21,000 bases of DNA from Takakia lepidozioides. Lineage: Eukaryota; Plantae; Bryophyta. This document shows, piece after piece, positions 10,642 to 18,897 of the stretch (position 1 is the first letter of the stretch; every line of letters starts with the position of its first letter). The position numbers and the translations under genes were made by a program. The stretch spans positions 1 through 21,000 of the forward strand of contig JAKLZA010000283.1 of NCBI GenBank assembly GCA_030704615.1. The letters run 5' to 3'. Below the pieces are notes generated by a model. The model was not told where the DNA came from, did no database searches, and saw only the letters and a program-made list of their open reading frames with translations.

Positions 10642-11441
10642 AGAAATGGGTCAGGGCATTTCCAAAATTTTGGCAACTCTAAGAACCTCTTTTGGAAATG
10701 CGGCACCGCATTTCCAAAACAGGGGAGGGACTAATTTTTCCATTTCAATGTTGGCATAGTAAAAAGTAATCTGAATTGGGAATGCGGTGCCGCATTTCCA
10801 AAATTTCCTTTGTCCACACGCCAGTTTTGGCCTCTCCCGCTCATTGCATGGATGCCACCACGCTTACAGAGGTCGAACAAGGAGGTCGAACAAGGAGGCC
10901 GACATGGCGGGATTGGAAATGCGGTGCCGCATTTCCATATTGGGGATGGTGGTTGTTCGAACTGCAGACCCATCAGCAAAAACTGGCACCGCATTCCATT
11001 GTAAAAAAAAAGTCGATGACGGACATGGAAATGCGGCGCCGCATTTCCAGAACGGACATCGCAATTTGTCAATTTGCAGACCCTCTCTCGGAAATGCGGT
11101 AACGCATTCCATCGCGCTGGTCGGAAATAGGTGCACTTTTCGAAGTGTTGGACGGAAATGCGGCACCGCATTCCCTTGTCCAAAAAGAAGTTTCCATTGC
11201 CAAGCTGGAAATGCGTCGCCGCATTTGCAATGCCAACCTCGTTTTCTGATCAATTTATAGACCCGTGTTGGTATTTCGTGTACCTGGACGGAAATGATGC
11301 ACCGCATTTTCTTGTCCCACATGGAAATGCGGTGCCGCATTTCGATGTCCGACATGGAAATGCGGTGCCGCATTTCGATCCCGACATGGAAATGCGGCGC
11401 CGCATTTCGATGCCGACATGGAAATGCGGTGCCGCATTTCA
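10642..11441. repeat. Array 2: ~14 copies of the same palindrome, ending in a 32-33-bp period sub-array
   Basis: Starts at 10642 (degenerate), 10694, 10778, 10915, ~10977 (half), 11027, 11090, 11154, 11207, 11290, 11323, 11356, 11388, 11420. Confidence 0.95.
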
Positions 11442-11534
11442 ATGTCCGACATGGCGTTACTCTGGTATATTCTTGACACATGACTCACATACCGGTTACT
11501 CTGCTTTATTCAACCAGACAGACAAATTGTAGAA

Positions 11535-12631
11535 ATGAGACATCAAATTGTAAACAGTGGGCCAAATCCGAGAGTTATTCAACACAATGAAACACAGTCA
11601 TACAGAAGTGAGGTACATTCCAGGGCACACTCCAGGGCACATTTAAATTTCCCCCGTACAGGATCCTGGACCGATGAAGATTGGCTGCTGCATGAATGTA
11701 GCCGTTTCAGTTTCCTACCCTGCCATGCAAACTATGGGCAGTCACTGCCAGGTGGGCCGATAGCCACTGGACACGACGAAGTCCATCCCCTCTTCGATGT
11801 AAATGCGGCGCCGAATTTCATCCGGGGGGATGGACTTCGGTGGCAGATCTCAAACTATAACTTGTTGATGAGAAAGATGTATGGCTTCATCCACCGCTGG
11901 CGTGATGAACACGTTCCACCTCCGTCGGTGGGTACGTGTGACCCAGATGCTCCATTTTGGAGGCCGGACTGCTCTTCCGCTTCGTATCTTTTCCAAAATC
12001 TAAGGGCTTCGTAGCTGTCCGCAAGGTCATCGGCATCCAAGTCGTCCTCAGGTCCTCCTTTGCAAGGATGCCGTGCTTCCGGAACCGGGACGACTGCCCC
12101 TTTGGAGGCATCGATTATGCAATGTATTCGGCCACATCGGGAGACATTGTTATCTGGTACACAGATTACACAGAAGATACTGGTTCGATTGTGGAAACAT
12201 TGGTGGCTTTTGAGTATATCGTAGGCCACTACGCCTTCGAGCGGGGTGACGATCTTGGTTTGAGGAGTCCGTGGCTCCTGCGCATCCTCGATTCCGATTT
12301 TCCCAGCTACGACGGTCACCCATGCAGAAGAAGGCGCACTGCTATGCTGTTGCGGTGGAACTGCTGCCACTGGACGTGGGTGGACTCCATCGGAGAGACC
12401 TATTCTCCTCGAGGAGTGCGCTCCTCTTCTCCATTGTATGGGGACATTCGCATTGGTGTGGACGACGAAAACGTGAAGATTTCCATATTCGATGGTGGTA
12501 TGATTGAAGGGCAGGACATTGTGGTGAACATCACTAGGGGCGGTACAACGGCTGCAATCGACTTTACATGGAGGAGCCCCAGGACTCATGAGCTAGTTCT
12601 GAGAGCAGTCGAAGTCCCATTGACAACGTGA
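11535..12631 (+). CDS. Hypothetical protein (~360 aa, no recognised domain), probably one gene split by a 1-bp frameshift near 11955
   Basis: ORFs 11535-12014 and 11957-12631 join as ...CDPDAP[I]LEAGLLFRFV... if one base is restored at GCTCCATTTTGG. Composition looks globular. AATAAA at 12715-12720. Start codon and possible short introns are uncertain. Confidence 0.5.
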
Positions 12632-12966
12632 CTTGTATTCAGTAGGCACAGGGCTCAAGATTTGAGGGCACAATCAGCACAGTAGACGTGCTTCAAATGC
12701 AATTCATGTGGATCAATAAAAACCTCATTGTGCCCTCTTTTTATTCTATTCTGTGTCCATTGTTCCGAGAATGCGTCATTGCTCATTTCGTTTGGGATTG
12801 GGAGTGTGGGTGAATTTTGCAAATGGCTGGTAGGCTGAAATGGGCCCCCATTGTACAGAGCAATACCACCCTACCATTCGCGAAACATTGCCTTTCAATA
12901 TATAATTCTAAATAACATTGCCGAACCTCCTTCATCGGGAGGTCCTTCTCCCCCTATGACCGTGGC

Positions 12967-12979
12967 ACCCTAAACCCTA
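12967..12979 (+). promoter_or_regulatory. Telo-box-like / plant telomeric motif ACCCTAAACCCTA
   Basis: Nearly two units of CCCTAAA. Function is not shown by the sequence. Confidence 0.35.
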
Positions 12980-13010
12980 TTCCCGCGGACACTCATTTCC
13001 GGAAAATAGT

Positions 13011-13095
13011 GCTGCTCATGTTTTTTTCCACACTTACGACTCTGCTCATGGCTCATGCCGCTCATGGCTCATGGCTCATGAAATAGCAGCCCCCC
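13011..13095. repeat. Candidate terminal (TIR) region of the DNA transposon: six GCTCATG repeats followed by AAATAGCAGCCCCCC
   Basis: GCTCATG at 13014, 13044, 13051, 13060, 13067 and 13074. The minus strand starts GGGGGGCTGCTATTTCATGAGCC; G-rich starts and internal short repeats are typical of MULE TIRs. Sequence becomes AT-richer after 13095. Confidence 0.5.
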
Positions 13096-13495
13096 TTTAG
13101 GTGTACCAAGCAGTATCTTTGGAATTAACCATTGAGTTTAAAACAGGCCTGGTTACGCTATTATAAGTTTGAAAAGTACCAAGTAGTACTTTTGGACATA
13201 CCCAGTGATTTGAAAGCAAGACCTTTGCACAGTTTTGACTTGGAAAAATACCAAGCAGTGGGCTGGTCTGGCTTTTTCAAAATACATAATGTCTGGTTTA
13301 ATTTTTCAAACTGGGCTTTTTGGAATACCCTGTCGCGCGGCTTTTACTCACCCATCCCTTCGCTATCCGAGGCGGAAACTCCAAGATAGAAGAGTTGGAA
13401 ATCTCTAAGTACTTAGCCCGCTCAGAACAATCAGTCATGACCTACAGCTAGTGTATCATGGGGGTGTTTCCTATTTGTTTCCCTTTCCACATTCA

Positions 13496-14290
13496 TGTTA
13501 GCTACCTTACCATTGATAATTAAGTATCAGTTTGCTTCATCAATCTATCGGATTCCTTCAACTCATCCATTCATTCCACAGCTTCACTCAGATCTCTCTA
13601 CACAGTGTGATTGTATCGTATAAGTATCAGATTATGATTTATCAGGTATCAGGCCGAAGCCATTGTGTCTCTAATCTGCTTTACAATATCACTACAGCTT
13701 TGCATATAACAAGCATCTACTAATCATCTCTCCTCCTTCACCGTGCTCTCCATGCTTGCTTCCGTTCTTGCTCTCCGCCCGATCCCCTCTCATCCAGACC
13801 AAGAAGTCCTCCCCCTGACGTGCTTCCAAGAATAATAATCCCTTCTCAGTCCTTGCTTCTCCCTTTATCTTCCTACCCGTGGCTCTAACCGTTTCCCTCA
13901 CTAACCATCGTCCGTGAACTAACATGTTCATTTGCAGGTGTTTTCCCCACAGTCGTTCCCTGTCCTGCTCTCCGTTCCCTATGGTCGTGACAGATGTGTC
14001 AAGCTGTGACTGGCTGTGTGAAACTCTGACGGGCTGTGACTGGCTGTGCGAGTGTGTATGGCTGTGTTGGGCTGTGACTGGCTGTGTTGGCTGTGAGGAC
14101 TGTGACGGGCTGTGTTGGCTGTGTCGGCTGTGAGGACTGTGACGGGCTGTGTGGCTGTATGGACTGTGTAACCCCCTTCTACAGTGCGCTGCTGTCACCC
14201 CTAAGGCTCCTGTTGGTCTCAGTCTGTGCAAAAATTAAGGGTACCCTACAGATCCCGTATAAGTGTCTAAGTCCCTACAGTCCTCTAACA
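13496..14290 (-). repeat. 3' LTR (795 bp)
   Basis: Perfect inverted termini TGTTAG (13496-13501) and CTAACA (14285-14290), directly adjacent to the polypurine tract. Confidence 0.85.
14003..14168. repeat. GGCTGTG-based short tandem repeats (9-10-bp units) inside the LTR
   Basis: Repeated ggctgtgac / ggctgtgtt / ggactgtgac units. Confidence 0.85.
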
Positions 14291-14293
14291 TTA

Positions 14294-14306
14294 CCCCTTC
14301 CCCCTC
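14294..14306 (-). other. Polypurine tract (PPT)
   Basis: Minus strand reads GAGGGGGAAGGGG-TAA-TGTTAG, immediately before the LTR start. Confidence 0.9.
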
Positions 14307-14320
14307 AAAAAGCCGTGTCC

Positions 14321-17300
14321 TCACGGTTTACTGTTTTCGAGTAGCAAACCTTTGTGAGTGAGCACCTTTCTGACGTTGAGAGTTTCGTGGCGGACTGTGT
14401 GTACGAGCCCGAGGTCTGTCTCTGGTTGATGGAGATGGTTGATCACTACCGGATAAGTGAGGCCCTCTGGAGGCTGATATCGAGGTAACCTTTCCGGCAT
14501 AGGAGACCCCCGTCGCTTCTTCTCTTCCATCTGAATATGCATAGTCTTCTCCCATGTCAAAAGAATTTGTGAAGAAACAGTTGTATCAGAATCCTCATCG
14601 CCTCTCAGGTGTTTTAATTTTCGAACTTTTTGTGGAATCATCTGGGGCATACAATGCTGTCCTACCATGTCTGGAAGTTTGTATTTTACAACACTTGGTG
14701 TAAACCGTGAACAGCAAAATTGGTGTAGACACTGAGCTCCTTGTCTGTCCAGATGAGTGGGGTACCAATTACTGGTGCAGCGTGCAAGTATTTCCATGCC
14801 ACATGTCCCTTATAGAAAATGTCATCAATGTCCGAATTTCTGTGTTGACAAATTGTTCCAGGCGCTTGAAACCATGAACGAATTTGAGAATCCTTTTGCA
14901 TCATAACTTTTGGGTCATATAGGTACATATGAGGTGGCACCGAAGGTAATACCCAATGATCTCCACTGGAATAACTCAGAAAGCGTGTTTGCATCTTTTG
15001 TTGCTCAATGTGGTAACGTACCAGAAAACAAGCAGCGTAGTATAACCCGCACCCCATGACAATACTTGCTATCTCCTTGGTCTTGGTATAAATGAGTCCA
15101 TGTACAACCTGGAAGCAATAATTCCCTCAACATGGTACTGCCTCGTGCCAGTATTGTGCAAAGTGATGATCTTCAATATGTCGATTGTTCGGAAGAACTT
15201 TAGTCCTAGTTGCCACTGGCAGCCAAATACGCATGATTTGGTAGTAATGTGCGAATGACTGCGGAGGACTAAATTCTTTCCAAGCCAAATCCAACATGAT
15301 GGGAATTTGGTTGAAGGGCATAATCATAGCCCTACTGTACTCCCTTGCAGCTGGAGTTTTAGGTGGGTTAAAAACAGCATTGCCCCATACCTCCGGCTGT
15401 GGTGGCTGTGGTGTGGTTGTAGTAACAACAGGTTCAGCTACTGGTACCTGACTTGTTGTGGTGGTGGTGGTACTGGCTCTTGTATCATTGGCATCTCCTG
15501 CACCTCCTGTGAAGACTGAAAAGCCAAAGTTCTGGCTTGTAAATAAGAAGCCATTAGCTGTTCCTGAGGGATATAGACTCTTTTGTCGATGTTTGAAGTG
15601 AGGTCTTCCACTTGAGTCTGCAGTCCGTCTACATCCTCTTGTAACTCTGCTATCCTACTATAGACATTGTCTATAGTAGTTGTGGCAATGTTCTGCACCT
15701 GCAGTCTGAGCTCATTCATCTCGCTTTGGGTGAGCTTCCGTGGTGCTTTGCCCTCCACTGGCCCTTGTGCTAACCAGACCTGCATAAGGCTGTTATCCAC
15801 CAAGTTGCTTGTGGTTCCTCTGAGAGTTTGCTCCTCTCTTAGCTTGTACACTTCCAACTGCTGTTGTAAAGCCTCCATGCGCTTCGCCTGAGGTTCAACC
15901 AAAATTGCGCATAGGCAGCAAGTAGATTATTGGCTTCCTTCCAAGCCTTGTTAGTGACCGCGATTTCATTTCTATTGGCCACGAGGTTTGTTGCAACTCC
16001 AGGATGTACTTCTCTTGATCAGCTTCAACCTGCCTGTATTGCTTGAAAGTATCCTCATTGCGACAGATTGTATTCTTCATATCGACAATGAGCTTCATTT
16101 GCTCAACATTCTCTTCTTCTGCCTTCGTACATTTTTCCGCTTGACTGTTTATTTCTTTTGTAGATTGGTCAAGCATAGTTGTGAATGTAGCACATTGTAT
16201 CGCCATCCTGTTATGCACTGTCTGCAACTCCGTATGTAGTGCATTCAGTTCTTGCAACTTGCTTTCATGCTGCACCTGCATTTGGTATAGCTGTTGCTTA
16301 TGTGCTTCGTGCAACTGGTCTTGCGCGAGGCCTGCCTCAATCAATTGTTCCTTGGCCAATTGCAAAGCCGCTTCTGTATTTGCAAGTCCTGCTTCATCTT
16401 GAGAGTGACCTCCTCATCGACCTTGTTTGCACACTCAGTGGCTAGTCGAGCCTCAACTCCTTCCTGAGTTCCTCTCTCAAGGCTGTCAATTGGGTAATTG
16501 GAACATGGGATTTGACATAAGTCCCCAACAAATTAAGTGTCCTGCCTATGGAACTCATCAGCATTGCCTGTTGAGGGTCATCATGGTGAGGTTGCTGCTG
16601 TTCCTCCTGATCTTCAACAGTGTGATGTCTCACTAACCATTCAGGCCATTGTCCCACCGGATTTTCTTCCTGAACCACTTCGTCCATCACCGGTGCTACA
16701 GTGTCTGACATTCTACCCTGTGGTACCTCCGACACAGGTGTGTGTATTATATGTACCTCAGGATTTCCCTTGGGCAACTGTTGCACCTCTGGAATTTCTG
16801 TCTCTTGACCAGACCAGAATATTCATAGAGAAGGTCCCCCTTCTCATTTATGCCACTATCTGTTCTGTAGTTGGAATATCTAACCCTTCTTTTTCCAAAT
16901 CAATTATTTCTGGTTGAGCTGCATGGATAACTTGTGACCTTGTGACAAGTCCGTTCAGTGGCTGTGATGGTTGTGATACAGAAGTAACTTCCTCCTCCCT
17001 CTCTGAAGGTCCTGCTTCAGTAATAGCATTGTTCTATGTGCTGCTGTGCCCATTCCTGCACATGAGCTTGGGAAACATTATCATGCGGAATCTGTGAAGC
17101 CAGTGGATCCGCCACTACAGTCTTTCCCCGTCTCTGCCTCTTAGTCTCGGGTTGCCCTGCTAGTCCACCCTCACTGTGTGAAGAGCCTTGCTCTTCCATT
17201 GCAGTGGTTTCTGGCTCAAACACTCCCATTTCCTTTCTTTCTTGCGCATCAAGTATGCCAGAATCAAGGATTATTTGAGCAATGATTGGGCCAGACACTA

Positions 17301-17994
17301 TAATAGGAGATTTGCGGTAGTACCTTGTAATCTTTTCATCTCCTCTACCAGTGCGTTGTACATTATGTCCGCCCATTCTACCTCTTGTCCTTCAGGCTTT
17401 GAGTATTTCCTCCGTGAAGGATCTGCTCAAATACTGTTGGTTCTGTTTCATGGCAATCAGAACGTTCAATACCTGGCCTACCTCTTTAGCCCTGGGTACA
17501 CAGCCTTGGTACAAGCATAACCCTGAGTTTTAAAGAAACTCCCTTCTTGGAATAAGTCCCCTATTTGCAGTCTTGCCCTGTGTTCCTCCACATGCACCTG
17601 ACCTGCTGGCAATCGAAACAATTGCTGGAGGTATAGGGGAGTAATCTAATTCAACTCCCTTCACCGTTGTTGTTCCTGTCCTTGGCTCAAAGTTCTGCAA
17701 GAATTGTAACATGTACTGTCTATGGTGTAATGTCCAATCTATGCTTTGCAATCCTTGCAATCTCAGCTCCTTCAGTATCTGTATCGCCTGTGGGGTAGCA
17801 ATCGTTTGTTTCTGCAGAATTGTGGTGCTCTTCACCCTGATTTCCTCCATTCCTCTCACTCTCTTCATTTTAGACCCACAGAAATCTTTGGCTGTAACAA
17901 CTGCAGGAATGCCTGTAGTGCACAAAGCATAAACGTATGGTTGCCACAAAAAGCTATGGGTAATTTCTTGTAAGCCTGCGGGGCTTGCAAGCAT
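14321..17994 (-). pseudogene. Long accessory ORF(s) between pol and the 3' LTR, fragmented: plant-retroelement accessory-like N-terminus, coiled-coil middle, aromatic-rich C-terminus
   Basis: Chain of same-strand ORF fragments: 17994-17530, 17376-17017, 16786-16442, 16365-15895, 15902-15438, 15327-15127, 15057-14686, 14797-14321. YMLQFLQNFEPRTGTTTVKGVELDYSP resembles the EFYAN...VRGxxhxhSP motif of Athila/Tat accessory ORFs. Q/E/L-rich heptad-like region at 15440-16450. Confidence 0.65.
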
Positions 17995-18566
17995 CGCTCA
18001 AAGAAAAGCTCCGCTCTGTTCTTTCGTGTCTATGCCACTGCGTAAGTAATATTGCGAGCGTATAGTCTGTTAGTTCCTCCATAGTTTCCAAGCTATAGCA
18101 TTGATGGTCTGTCCGTCGAGACGCCCGTTACTCAGAACGACGCCGCCTCTTGCGCTTAATTTCCCTCCAATTTCTTGATCCTTTCTCTGGCTTTCTATTG
18201 GCTGTAACCGCTGTGACTGGATTTTAGATTTCATTTTCTTTAGTGGACTTTCCCTGCTGGATAGTCCACTAGGATCACACATGTGACAAGAATTTCGCTT
18301 TTCTGTACTTGCCTTGTTCCGTTCCCCTTTTACCGTATTCATTAATGGGCCCGCCTTTCATCCAATTTGACGCGCTGATTATTTTGACGGCATTCTTGTC
18401 TTCTTTCTTGATGACACCTGTTCTTGCACTTCCTTCTCAGCTGTGTGTCGCGCCCTGACTCCCACGTGTCCATTTTTAAACTGGTTTCCGTCTTTTTCTC
18501 CGTCAATTTTCCTGAAGTTATTGTGCGCCCACTTGTCACTGATTCTATGGATCGTGTAATCCTAGT

Positions 18567-18897
18567 AGGCTGTGTTGAGCTGTGACAGGCTGTGTCATAC
18601 TGTGGTACGCTGTGATAGGCTGTGATGCACTGTGGTAAGCTGTGATAGGCTGTGACACGCGGTGGTAGGTTGTGATAGGCTGTGTTGCGCCGTGCTGGGC
18701 TGTGATAGGCTGTGTCACGTTGTGATGGGCTGTGATAGGCTGTGTTTCGCCTTGATAGGCTGTGATAGGCTGTGTCACGTCGTGATGGGCTGTGATAGGC
18801 TGTGTTTCGCCTGTGGGCTGTGATAGGCTGTGTTTCGCCTTGATAGGCTGTGATAGACTGTGTCACGTCGTGATGGGCTGTGATAGGCTGTGTCACG
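18567..18897. repeat. Tandem repeat, ~30-bp unit built from three 10-bp subunits (ggctgtgata ggctgtgtca cgtcgtgatg), ~11 units
   Basis: Directly visible just downstream of the integrase GPY module. Confidence 0.92.

Larger units (their letters stand above)
1..13095. mobile_element. Putative large Mutator-like (MULE/MuDR superfamily) DNA transposon with cargo genes; left part lies outside the window
   Basis: Contains a MULE-type DDE transposase, two more genes and one shared palindromic motif from 3243 to ~11820; I saw no full copy of it beyond that point. CpG-rich throughout. Candidate terminus (GCTCATG x6, then CCCCCC) ends at 13095. The boundary is inferred: the partner TIR and TSD are not visible. 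Confidence 0.65.

Noticed and set aside
3243-11441. Bacterial REP/BIME elements or bacterial contamination
   Set aside because: The flanking gene has phase-consistent spliceosomal introns and the adjacent sequence is a plant-type LTR retrotransposon.
10731-11532. Overlapping ORFs in array 2
   Set aside because: Same artefact of the palindromic repeat.
13090-13100. Kolobok-like end (CCT followed by a TTAA-like site)
   Set aside because: The flank is TTAG, not TTAA, and the transposase motifs look MULE-like rather than Kolobok-like.
13096-13495. 85-aa ORF (13132-13389) and three loose TACCAAG(C/T)AGT repeats
   Set aside because: Non-ATG start, AT-rich, no motif. Probably decayed flanking repeat DNA; too weak to call.
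13692-14344. ORFs within the LTR (HSQ/CDG-rich), and similar ORFs at 18342-19037
   Set aside because: Translations of the GGCTGTG tandem repeats.
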